A stretch of DNA of 64,000 bases. Source: Anthoceros angustus. Lineage: Eukaryota > Plantae > Anthocerotophyta. Both the position numbers and the translations under genes were made by a program. Positions 11,245-22,589 of the stretch are shown here, piece by piece. The notes beneath the pieces are model-generated. The model made no database searches. It saw only the letters and a list, made by a program, of their open reading frames with translations, and was not told where the DNA came from. The DNA is taken from assembly GCA_010909165.1 (NCBI GenBank), contig MU008223.1, positions 1-64,000 of the forward strand, in the 5' to 3' direction. Positions within the stretch are counted from its first letter, which is position 1. Every line of letters starts with the position of its first letter.

Positions 11245-14100
11245 ATGATCTCTAAAAACCGAGTTATTGACTAAAGTGGAAAGCCTATTAAAATTACATG
11301 CCCTAATGCCAAAGCTGAGTTGGAGAGAGAGAGCTTGAATAGCATAAGCGATTGCATTGAACTATACAAAGTTCTAACATTCAAAAGATACAAGTCATGA
11401 AAAGGTGTCCCCTGAATAGATTAGATCCAATACTATTGCTAATGGATGTAACAACCTGTATTGTCAAAGCAAACTCTACAAGAGTGCTCCTCCGTGAGCT
11501 TCATGATGCATATGAGATTCTTTGTCATGGAGGGTACAAACAACACACCGAGATGGTAAGGATGTAGTGTCGGGAGCCGTATCTTGACTAATCCTGTATA
11601 ATGGATAAACCCGCTCATCACCCAAAAGAACAAACCGGTGATGATCCGAGTAGAGTCAAAAGCTGAAAGCATTCCTATCAGATGTGGTCTGGTTGCCCCG
11701 AGTCGAGGAACCACATGTCATTCTCGATCCGACGTAAGATAAGCAAACCGCTAAGATGGAGGGTGCTTTGGGTAGACCTTGGATGTGGCTACATTGGATG
11801 CGGAATGGAACTTGCACTTTCCTTCCGGCTCACCAGCCCTTTTCTTCCCTGATCCTTCTCAAAATGACCGGGTATCTTGCACCCGCAAGTGAAGGTATGC
11901 CTTTGAAGGTTAGGGGCCGAGAGGTTGAAGCTCCTCCTCGCCCCGAGCGTCCTCGCCTCGATTGCCTCCGTCCTCTTGAGGCAAACAAAACTCGTTGCCT
12001 TGCATATTAGGCTTCAACTTGTGAAGGCTTGCTGCTCTTCAGAATCAAAGCTCCAAATACCGCTCCAATGTTACATTGGCACTGTGTCCCCGCTGAAGAG
12101 TAGCATTCGAGAGCTAATAAATCGAGAATAAGCGTGCGTTGATGCTAAAAGGAAACATTGAAACTCAAGAAGGTAGTCCCACAATATGCAAGAGTCGCAC
12201 GAGGCGAAACTTATTGATATAAGACTCTGGCCTCATTATCCTTCATACGAATATTGAAAAAATCCCGATGCGCTAAAACAAGGGAAACAACTCTTATCTC
12301 TATAAATGAGTTGGAAGTTGTTCCAAATCGGTGAGGTGTCAAGATCCATGGTGTGCGGCATCATGTTCCCTGTCAAGGGATGCAAAGGATTGACCGCCTC
12401 CGTCCTTCCTTTGCTATGCAAGAATATCAAGCATTTGCATTGTTTGTTTGTCTTTGGTTCCGTCTCCGCCACGATGGACATGAGCTCATGCTCCTCCAAA
12501 ATCGGGTCAATCTCATCGCCCGTGTAATCATTACCATTAAAGCGATCCTTGTCCTTGAACTCAATCCTCAAGGAACTGGAGTGATCGCCATAGCTTCGCA
12601 AGGGTGTTGAAAGGAGGCACGGGTTGTTGATATGTGTCGACTCCAATTTGCAGCTTGTCCAAGAGAATGTCCAACTCCGGCAGCAGTGGTAGTCTGCAGA
12701 CTGCAAGGGTGCTTATGAAACCAAAGCAGGTTGCCTCAGAGGAGAAGGAACACCGATGGGTTGCCCCAAAAATTTCTTAAAAGGTCAAAAGAAGGAGATC
12801 TTGTTGTTCATCGATACCGGTTGTGGTTTCAACAATAGGTGAAGTCGCTTCCTCCGCACAATTCAATCCAAGGTCCAAATCTTCGCCTTCATTTGATTCC
12901 CCGGACCCTGATGATGGCGAATCTGGCTGCATGTCCAAAATTCAAATGTTAAGGATGGGGCACGCGTGAGCGTCCCGGTGAAAGTAGCCTAGCCAAATGC
13001 ACACGCTTCTCCTCTTCAAATGGAGTAGCCATCAAAAACAATTGTTGAATTCCTGATATGAGACCAGACAAAATATCTCGAGTCCTTGAATCTTGATAGT
13101 GGCTTCCCTTAGTTCATCCTCAATTTGTCGTCGTTGGAGGCTACGAGAAAATGAGGAAGGATGTTGAATGTGGCTTCGCTAAAACACGCCTTCCAAAATT
13201 TTGAACATAACTTCGCAGTTTCCTTGACACAACCAGGAAACAAGAAAACCGGCAAGTCCGGGTGACGGGAGGATTCAAAGCGCCTTCTCCTGTGTGAAGC
13301 CGCATGCCTCGGCATCTTCACCAAAAACATTGAAACAATCGTGTTTTCCCATGCCGTCGCCGATGGCGCAAGAGAAAAATAACGAGGCGATGCCCGATTC
13401 AATACAGCAGCGCTACCTGCCCGCGACCGCCATAACAACTGGATAGATCGGGATCGGACCGAAACCTTCAGAATCGAACGGAGCGCCGCAAACACACCGC
13501 CGTCATCGCCATCGTGGTGCGCACGCCTAACGCACGCGGCCTCCCTTCTTCCGTGCCTCCACCTTACATCCCACGATCTCCGAGGGAAAGAAAACGGCGT
13601 GACCGCGCCACGGCGAGCCGCTGTTGCCTCAACGGCTTTGCTGGCCAGCCTGCGCGGTTGTGAACAAGCTCAAAAAATCAAGACGCAGATGGCTGCTGCA
13701 GGTGTCCCGTGCAATCTGGGCGCCCAACGGGTTTGGTTTAACAGCTGTAGCAGAGATTGGCAAGCATCTTCATGACAAGATCATGGCGCCCAGCGCATGG
13801 GGATCAGCTACGCAGATCGGCCACCAAAATCCAGGATGGCTCCTGTAGTGCATGCAACAGAGGCGCGATGGTGGGGGATGAAAATTAGGGCGCGCCATGG
13901 CTTTCTATCCCCTCGTCCGCAAATCGTGTGATGCCTTGATCCTCAACATCCGCGCTGGTGGATTGCCTGCTCATCCTCTCGATCAAAACCTCACCTAAGG
14001 CTATTTCCTACTCACTTCACAAAGTCATAAATTTCGAGCATGATTGCCATGGCTCCTATCACAATCCCGGGGCCGTGTTGGTGAGAGGGATCAATCTCAT

Positions 14101-14113
14101 GGCTCTGATACCA
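14101..14113 (-). promoter_or_regulatory. Primer binding site complementary to tRNA-iMet
   Basis: TGGTATCAGAGCC on the minus strand, abutting the 5' LTR. Confidence 0.95.
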
Positions 14114-14789
14114 TTTCGCCAGTGGATTGTGGAGAGCACGGAGCGAGAGCGCACGAGGCACGAGGGCAGAAAGGTAGTTATCGTTATTATCAAAGAAAAA
14201 TGAAAAGAGTATATATGAGTATTTCAAAAAGTAGTTATAACTGATTATGAAACTACTAACCTAACTAACATAATTTCCTTTAAAGAGGATGTAGCAGATG
14301 ATCAATCTGGGGACAAGGATGCATCCGAGGAAGATGAGGATGTTGGACAAGCGGAGCAGGTTTCGAATGTTGAGGGGTAGGAAGAGGTCGAGTTAGAGGA
14401 TGACTCTTGCTCTAACCTCACCGACCTAGAGGCCACGAGGGAGAGGTTGAATCACCTTTGTGGCATATCACCGTGGATCGAGCCCTTTGGCCCCTAAAGA
14501 CATGGGCATGAAGGCTCAAACGCAGAGGTGGTAAGGGAAGGCAACCGACGGTGAGGAGAAAGGGAAGCAAAGAAAGCAACCAATGAGAAATCACCTAAAG
14601 TCAAAGAAGAAGAAGGTGAAATCTCCTACTATTCGACCACCAATGTCAACGGACGAGGATAGGTTGCAGCAAGATGTTGTGCAAAAAGGATCCCTTGAAC
14701 CTTCGCGAGAGTGCTAAGAAGAAGAAGATCCACAAGAATCATCCCTCTTCACCGCTCGAGGAGTGCGGAATATCGACCCAAGATGCCAT

Positions 14790-15180
14790 GATCCAAGAAT
14801 CGACACCTCTGGTCCAGCTTCCTCGAGGAGATTCGCAAGGGGCATGTGGAAGAGGGCGTCTTGCCCATCTTGGTCATGGTGGACCCTCAGCAGTGTCCGA
14901 CCCGGAAAGATTGGGATGAACTGATGTTTGAGAAGGAAGAGTACACTTTTGGCGTGCTTGGCGGCAACCATTGTTTCCAGGCTGTGAGGAGCCTCACCCT
15001 GCAATTCCCAACCTTGCCGCAGTACAAGTATATGGAGGGTCACATGTATGCAGGGCTAACGCAGCAAGAGATGAGGGTGCTGGCAACAGACCACAATGTG
15101 ATAGTGGACAGGAGGAAGAAGATGACGTTCATTGAACAAGTTCGCTATGTGAAAGACGAGCTGGAGATCTTGAAGAGCCA
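14790..15180 (+). CDS. ParB/Sulfiredoxin-like domain exon segment
   Basis: ORF 14846-15328 reads PILVMVDP...YTFGVLGGNHCFQAVRSL...GLTQQEMRVLATDHN...KMTFIEQ. This matches the ParB/Srx pattern PIxV...Y.I(I/L)xGxHRxxA...E...LA..EN....L(S/T)xxE. Recognised by eye, no HMM run. Confidence 0.65.
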
Positions 15181-16599
15181 GGGCATCTCAAAGCCGTCTT
15201 TGACCGGAAGTGGATGCAGTTTGGGCTTGTGGAGCATGCTACCGATGCGCGAGTGTGAAGCAAAAAGGTTGACCAAGACATTGATACTCCGCATTGTGCA
15301 AGTGGTCCGGTTTGGTCAATGTGAATGAGATATTCACAAGATGGGAGAAGTTGGAATTGGAGCAAAAGCACCAAGTGTGGGGTGTCTAAACGTCAAAGCC
15401 CGCAAACCGATGCCGGAAGAGCAATCAAGTGCGGATGCAAGCGGGGACAAAAAGACATATGTGGCAAGATGTTTAGGTGCTTCCAGGGAGTTCCAGATGG
15501 GGAAGTAGGGGAGAAAATGTTGTTGAGCGCAACGGAAAAAAGTCATCCAGGGGCACTTGGACTTGAAAGGCATGTATACTAGGTGCAACAGAAAAAGCAT
15601 CTCCACGTAATTCAGACAGCCATGGCCAAGCACCTAAGTTGCGCAACGTTTGCGGAAGTACAACAAAAGTATCTGAAGCACGCCAGAGATGATGATGTCA
15701 CGAAGTTTCAAAGCTGCTTTGAGATTGTGGTAAGTTATTGTTCATGCTTTTGTGCTCCTGAGCCGGTGCCCGGCGCATCGATGCACCCTTTGGTTTTTGT
15801 GCCTTGAGCTTTGGTTGTGGAGTGCGCCGCTAGGTCGTCATTTGAGGGTGCGCCATCAGGCACACCCTCTATTTTGTTCTTCGCTTTGAGTAGAGTTTGC
15901 GGTAGGCCGAGCGACGCACCATCCATTTTATTCTTCATTGTTTTTGGTTCATGGAGGCGCTAGTAGGCGACGCATTCAAAAGAGTGTGCACCGCCTACCG
16001 TGCCCTACCCTCCATTTTCTTTTTATTTGTTTTTGGTTGTTAGAGGCGCCGGTAGGCGCGATCAGTGTGCCGGCCGCTATTACACCCATTTTGTTCTTTC
16101 TTTGCTTTGATTTGAGTGCGCCTATCGCGCACCCTCTATATATTTCTTTCTTTGCTTTGATTTTGAGCAGGGCCTACCACCCTCTTTTTGTGCTCACGGT
16201 TTGGTTTTGACAAGAGTACAACGACTGGTGTGGGTTTGCTGGACTATTGGCGCACCCTTCTTTTTCTTTTGTCGTTTGCATTGGTTTGCGCCCATAGGCC
16301 AGCGACCCATAGTAGAGCGCGCCATTAACCGCACACCCTCCATTTGTGTCGTGTTTCGCTTTGGTTTTAGGGTGCTCTTGTTTGCTTTTCTTACGCGTGG
16401 AGGTTAAACAATGGTTTCATGGCTGCCTCTATTCGAAACCATCGGATGTGAATGTGTTGAAGAACCTTCCCAATATTTTCGATCGGATCTTGGCTGCAAA
16501 GCTCGGAAGAAGATGGAAGTGGAGGCTCGGTTGGCGTGAAAGCTCAATAGACAATGAGCTGGAGTTCATTGTCCTGGTTCGCGAAAAAATGAGCTATCG

Positions 16600-17285
16600 A
16601 TTTTCAGCCCATGGAGGAGTTGCTTGGTTTTGGGCGGAAGAGGAACTACACCCTTCTCGATCATGGACCGCCAAGGGACATGGCTTGGGTTCAAATGATG
16701 CTGTGTTACCTTCGGAGGTTCTTTTGGCAATACTTAATCACTTCATGGAGATCACAACTGCAGAGACATTTCGGGTGGTCGTCCTTCATGGTGCAGATCA
16801 GATGGTGGATGTCCGCGAAGCAATGCGCCGGGGTTGCAAGTCCGGCAAGATGTTGACATTTGTCTGGGAGAAGACTAATGTTAGGGAAGACAATCAGGTG
16901 TACAACAACTCGGATTATATTACTGTGGGTTCAGGTTTGAAGGTGTTCGAACTTTCAATCTCTGTTGCCCTTTGGCATCACATTGGGGTACCAAGGCATG
17001 GGTTCCGTGATCAAGTGCGACGCAGTTGTGAAGAAGCTGGTGTACTCAGCAATGGATAGGAGAGTGGTTTCTCCGTATCAGAAGCCGCTGGAGCTGATGT
17101 CCACACTCATCCAAACCTTCTCCATAGGAGGAGACTGGGTTATTGACGGGTTTGCGGGGAGTGGCTCGACGGCTTTGGCTGCCCTGCTGAATGGGAGAAA
17201 TGTGATAGCGGTGGATTCGGACCATCAGTTGTGCAATGTTCATCACCCAGATAGTCGGCTATCATGCTTTCCCAAACGTCAATGA
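16600..17285 (+). CDS. Beta-class N6-adenine/N4-cytosine DNA methyltransferase domain (N6_N4_Mtase-like)
   Basis: ORF 16965-17285 reads YQKPLELMSTLIQTFSIGGDWVIDGFAGSGSTALAALLNGRNVIAVDSD (motif X plus SAM-binding motif I). Upstream lie FVWEK and a motif-IV-like IMDLP. The IV-before-I order is diagnostic of the beta class. Confidence 0.88.
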
Positions 17286-17672
17286 AGAACTAAATATGCT
17301 GCTTTAAGCGTGGGAAAGGATCTTTTGGCCAAAGGAGATGTCCGGGATGAACCTTATTCCTTGTGGGGTGTCATTGAACATGGTTTCTAAACGCCCCCTA
17401 CCATAGTCTGCTAGTGTTGGAGGCAGGTCAAATCACTCGAATAGGGCTTCGGATGTGCAAGGTGACAAGGATGGCGAGGAAGATGAAGCGAGGCTCTCCC
17501 AGGGTGGCACCAATGATCGACTTGGGTGCTGATTTGGACGACTTGGGAATGACAAGGTGGTCGTTCAAAACACAGGACCAAAACATGGAGGATGCTTCGA
17601 TGCGGATGGGGAGAACCCTTCTTTGTCTGGACATACCCACAAATCAAGTATTGCGGGCTTTAGGGTTATCCT

Positions 17673-17853
17673 AGTTATAAATGAGCAGACCACATTGGTT
17701 ACCTCTAACTAGGCCTAAGCTATTAATGTAGTTACACAACCCTTCGTAATTGTTTAAATGCCCACCTATGATCCAGAAAATTAATTCATTATTAACATAG
17801 CTTCTGTTTGATGCAAGACACTTCCGCATGGCACCTCTAACTTGGTATCGAGC
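17673..17853 (+). mobile_element. 5' LTR (AG...CT) plus tRNA-iMet PBS of a truncated LTR retroelement (probably copia)
   Basis: AGTTATAAA...GCACCTCTAACT (17673-17842) followed by TGGTATC(A)GAGC. Copies at 54582-54760 and 56542-56720. The 5' boundary is inferred from the AGTTA/TAACT inverted ends. Confidence 0.75.
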
Positions 17854-18875
17854 AATGATCCGCCGGACTTGCTTGCTATCTCTTTCTTGCGCTTCTAGTA
17901 TAGGGAAATAGGAGATAGCATATCATATTAAATTTGTGATGTTCTTTAGAGTATTATGGACCCTTATGGTCTATGGTTTACGTCTTAGGAATATAAAGAT
18001 GCAAATGATATGCATAAGTTCAAGTAAGCAAATTTACAAGATAAGGTTTTCTTCAATAGAGTATTCTTTTAGGTAGATTCGGATGCTAGTCTAATTAGAA
18101 TTTCTAATCAACAAGAAACGTATCTCTCTAGATCTAAAATTCTTCAAGAGCATGTTGAGGCACATTCCCCATCCACGCCCGATCCGTCTCGACGCTTAAT
18201 CGTGGAGTTCCCTTAGAAACCGTGGAACTACCATGCTACTCTTGTAGCTTACATAAACATAGGCTACAAATACACAAGACGGAAAACAACTCTATTTTCG
18301 TGATTTCAGGGGTTGCTGAATATGGGTTTAAGAACCCACCTTTGGGACCTTTGCCCGTATCGCTTCTCCCAATTTGCGACCTTCGCCGCCTTGCTACCAA
18401 CGAGATTTCAGTCAATTCACAGCCGAACGGATGGCCAGAAATTGACGCTCAAACATAGGATCCTAGCGAAGATTTGATGACCTATAGTGCTCCAGAGGGT
18501 GTACGCATCCTTGCACCAATCCGCAGTCTTCTACCACTTTCTTTGGCAGGGCTCAAGCACCCAGAGAAATCCAGTTGCTTTCTAATCTGGCTGTCAAGAA
18601 TTTGTTGGCTCGCTTTCGGCATCAAGGCTGGTTGGCAGCCCATAGAGCAGCACAATCACCGGATGGCTCTCATTGCATTCCTTACCCTACTGCCCAACTG
18701 TGTTTCCCACATGAGTGGCGCAACCGATACTAGCTTGCGATTTCTCTCGCTTGTTCATTTGGAGGATCCAACCGCCCAATGGGATCTCCTCCTTACTCGA
18801 GACAGAGGAGGACACCTTCTGGGATGCCCATCCAAGCCTCTGGTGGTTGGAGGACCTTCTTATACAGGAGCATCT

Positions 18876-21050
18876 AGTTTGAGGTGCTTTGCGGAAGCGT
18901 TTGATCAAAGTTTAGTGCTTTACTAACTGATACAATGATTACAAGAGGTGGGCTTTTATAGCCTGTGTATGAAGAGTTGTACCTCTTCAGTACAAGATAC
19001 CAAAGGGTATGACCACGCTGGGTTAAGCTAAGCTAACCATAACCAACGCAGTCTGTACTTCTAACTCTCCCCTCTCATACTAGTTGGGTTATCTAAATCA
19101 AAGAACTAATAGTCATTTGCCGCTGGAGTATTGTATAAGTACTACGGTCTTCAATTAAACTCAACTCACCGATCGTCACCGGTCACAAGTAAGATTGAAG
19201 CAAGCGGTCTACAATAGTCATCAACTTCAATCGAACGCTCGAGATAAGATGCGCCTCACCAAATGTGTGATCGGTCCAGCTGCAAAAGTCTGATCAACCA
19301 ATCCAAGCCCTTCTCTGGAAGCAGTGTTTGAACTCGGCAAGGTTTTTGTCAAGATATCTATATTGTCGTGCATACTGTACCTTAATAATTCAGCAATCAC
19401 GAATATAATGGTGTTGAATCTCAATATGCTTATGCGCATGAAAGACCGAATTAGCGACAAGAGCAATGGCTGACATATTGTCACAGCACTATTGGCCCTT
19501 CTTGCTTCATATCCAAATCTTCACATAGCTTTCTTTCCCATTCAGCCTCTTTCGTGGCTTGTGAGTGCTTTGTACTCGATTACATTGATGAAAGTGCAGC
19601 TTGTTTTCTACAAGACCAATTAACAAGAGTGGAGCCAAGAAAGCAATATCTGAGATACTTTTGGTGTCGTCAAGCCCAATCTACATTGACAAAGCATGTC
19701 AAGAGTGATGCTTCTTTGCACTAGGCTTGTAGCAGAGGCCATAATTTGAGTACCCTTGAGGTACCGCATGATGCACTTGAGAGCAACCCGGTGATCCCCT
19801 ACTAGAAAAGGGCAGCCTATGTTACACTTTATGTTAAGATTTGGACCCTTGGATATAATCATGTTGCAATTTTGGGGCCATGTAACACTTTGGGTCTCTT
19901 GTTACACTTTGGCTTGGAAACCAGACCACGGCCGTTGTTGCAATCATGTTGCAATTATGTTAAGATGAAGTGAGAGGTGCTTTTGCACTGTCTCAAGATT
20001 GCAACATGATTGCAACATCTAAAGTGTTACAAGAGAGGTCTCGTAACACTTTTGTAGGCTTGGTACCGAACCTCCTCCCCATCCACCATTGCCCTTTTAC
20101 TTTTGCCCTATGGAATACCACGTTTTACTTGGTAGTTACCATTGGTACGCACGACCACATATAAATACTTGTATCAATACATCCTTCATACTATATGCAT
20201 ATAATCTACGGTGATAAATGTACTATATTATTTTAAGTGCTATCTCAGATTCAATTTCGTATAAAAGAAGTTTGTATATCACGCATTACGACGTGACAAT
20301 CGGTCTGTATATATTCATGATACGATACTTTGTATTTACTATTTGTGAAAATATGGACGGCCCTTTATACTTCTACTTTGTAGCATACCGGCATGCGGTT
20401 TGTCCTTCCCACGTCACCAATAGCCAACTTCAAGTAATCGAACGTTTCGAGATAAGATGCGCCTCACCAAATGTGTGATCGGTCCACTGCAAAAGTCTGA
20501 TCAACCAATCCAAGCCCTTCTCGGAAGCGGTGTTTGAACTCGGCAAGGTTTTTGTCAGTATATCTGCTATATTGTCGTCTGTGGCGTACATACTGTACCT
20601 TAATAATTCCTCAGCAGCGTCACGAATATAATGGTGTTGAATCTCAATATGCTTCGTGCGCGCATGAAAGACCGAATTAGCGACAAGAGCAATGGCTGAC
20701 ATATTGTCACAATTAAGCACTATTGGCCCTTCCTGCTTCATATCCAAATCTTCACATAGCTTTCTTTCCCATTCAGCCTCTTTCGTGGCTTCAGTGAGTG
20801 CTTTGTACTCCGATTCTGTTGATGAAAGTGCAGCTTGTTTTCTACAAGACCAATTAACAAGAGTGGAGCCAGCAAGAAAGCAATATCTGAGATACTTTTC
20901 GGTGTCGTCAAGCCCAATCTACATTGACAAAGCATGTCAAGAGATGCTTCTTTGCACTAGGCTTGTAGCAGAGGCCATAATTTGGAGTACCCTTGAGGTA
21001 CCGCATGATGCACTTGAGAGCAACCCGTGATCCCCTACTAGAAAAGGGCA
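18876..21050 (-). mobile_element. Truncated copia remnant (3' LTR, PPT, RNase H), with a local tandem duplication
   Basis: LTR 18876-19066, PPT 19067-19076. Peptides CDNMSAIALVAN.VFHARTKHIEIQHHYIR and IMRYLKGT. About 19220-20430 is repeated at about 20430-21640. Confidence 0.88.
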
Positions 21051-22589
21051 GCCTATGTTACACTTTATGTTAAGATTTGGACCCTTGGATATAATAATCA
21101 TGTTGCAATTTTGGGGCCATGTAACACTTTTGGGCCTCTTGTTACACTTTGGCTTGGAAACCAGACCACGGCGTTGTTGCAATCATGATGCAATTATGTT
21201 AAGATGAAGTGAGAGGTGCTTTTGCACTATCTCAAGATTGCAACATGATTGCAACATCTAAGTGTTACAAGAGAGGTCTCGTAACACTTTTGTAGGCTTG
21301 GTACCGAACCTCCTCCCCATCCACCATTGCACTTTTACTTTTGCCCTATGGAATACCACGTTTTACTTGGTAGTTACCATTGATAATCGACCACATATAA
21401 ATACTTGTATCAATACATCCTTCATACTATACGCATATCATCTACGGTGATAAATGTACTATATTATTTTAAGTGCTATACGGCCGTATTCAATTTCATA
21501 TAAAAGAAGTTTGTATCACACGACGTGACACTCGGTCACATATTCATGATACGATACTTTGTATTTACTATTTGTGAAAATATCGACGGCCCTTTATACC
21601 CCTACTTTGTAGCATACCGGCATGCGGTTTGTCCTTCCCACGTCACCAATAGCCATCGCTTCTGCCATGGCACCCACGAAGATCTGTCCCCACCTATCAC
21701 CTTATTGTGACGCATCACGTGAGGTTATGGCCCTACAAGATTGTGCTATGGAGGCGATTTGGTATGCGCCCGCTTATGCTTTTCTCGCCTCCATCTAAGG
21801 CACTTCCTACTCATCGTATGCACATATAGGAAACTTCCGCCTCCTGCTCGATTCGCAATTTTCTTCTTCCCCTCCCGCTTGCGTTCGGCCGAGGCAAGCT
21901 TTGCCACTTCCATCGCTTCCCTCCCTGCCTTTTGCAGGCGCACATTGCACATACAAACCAACATGCCCATCATGAGTTATCCAGCGTTAATGGGTTTCGA
22001 CGGCAAGCTGTCCATTTCCTTACCTTGCCTGCAGTCCCTCCTCTTTTCTTCTACCCTTCTTGCTGGACATGTTCCTCTTCCATCCTCGTTCTTCCGGCTG
22101 TCGCAGCCCGTGCCCTTGTCACTCGCCCACCGCCAGCTGCCTCTTCTCCTCCTCCGTTTTCCTCTTCGGCCTTCACCCTTTATCACATGTGGCATTGCCT
22201 CAACTGGGCTCCAGGTGTCCATGCTCTCGATCCGAGACGCAAGGTATGTATCTAGCACGAAATTAGGCACATCGTCCACTTCAGCACCCGCCTCCTGCGT
22301 CTGGCCCATGTTCTCTGCAGATCCCCCACATCCCCCCTCGCCTCCATCTGCACGGCCTTTGCCGATATCAAGCTCCTCGCATGATGCCCTCTTAGTCCTC
22401 CATCATTCTCTCTCGCCGCCTCATGCGCCTTTTTGCCCTGCCCCACCATGGCCGCTGGCCGATGTTGTCCGTCCGCCACCCGCCTCCTCCCAATCCCCCG
22501 TGATTTTTGGCTGTCCATAGTGCACACAAGTGTGTTACTTCTGTGACGGTGGTCGCCCCTCTCCGTGCTCCAGACACCCCGCTTTGCAC

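Larger units (their letters stand above)
8299..14282 (-). mobile_element. Full-length Ty1/copia LTR retrotransposon (gag-PR-IN-RT-RH), ~6 kb, 5-bp TSD AAGAG
   Basis: LTRs 8299-8470 and 14114-14282. PBS TGGTATCAGAGCC (14113-14101). PPT at about 8471-8480. TSD AAGAG at 8294-8298 and 14283-14287, with the empty site visible at about 49183 and 51242. Peptides: gag (EFKDKDRFNGNDY), integrase (VHSDICGP, LRTDNGGEY, TPYERWTGKKP), RT (TVYVDD), RNase H. Confidence 0.95.
6780..17670 (+). pseudogene. ParB/Srx-like domain + beta-class amino-DNA methyltransferase gene, copy 1 (spliced; disrupted by copia insertion 8299-14282; frameshifted in this assembly)
   Basis: Putative exons about 6780-7663, 8118-8298 + 14283-15729 and about 16404-17670. 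GTGAGT (7664) and GTAAGT (15730) donors precede T-rich introns. ParB-like and MTase motifs are listed in the separate domain features. The 5' end is uncertain. Confidence 0.7.

Noticed and set aside
16600-17285. Bacterial contamination or restriction-modification operon as the source of the MTase
   Set aside because: The gene has spliceosomal-type intron signals, is interrupted by a plant copia element with a TSD, is multicopy among plant transposons, and has no adjacent restriction enzyme or operon structure.
21741-22520. 259-aa ORF (and 59563-60225)
   Set aside because: Low-complexity and pyrimidine-rich, with the reading frame not conserved between the duplicate copies and no recognisable domain.
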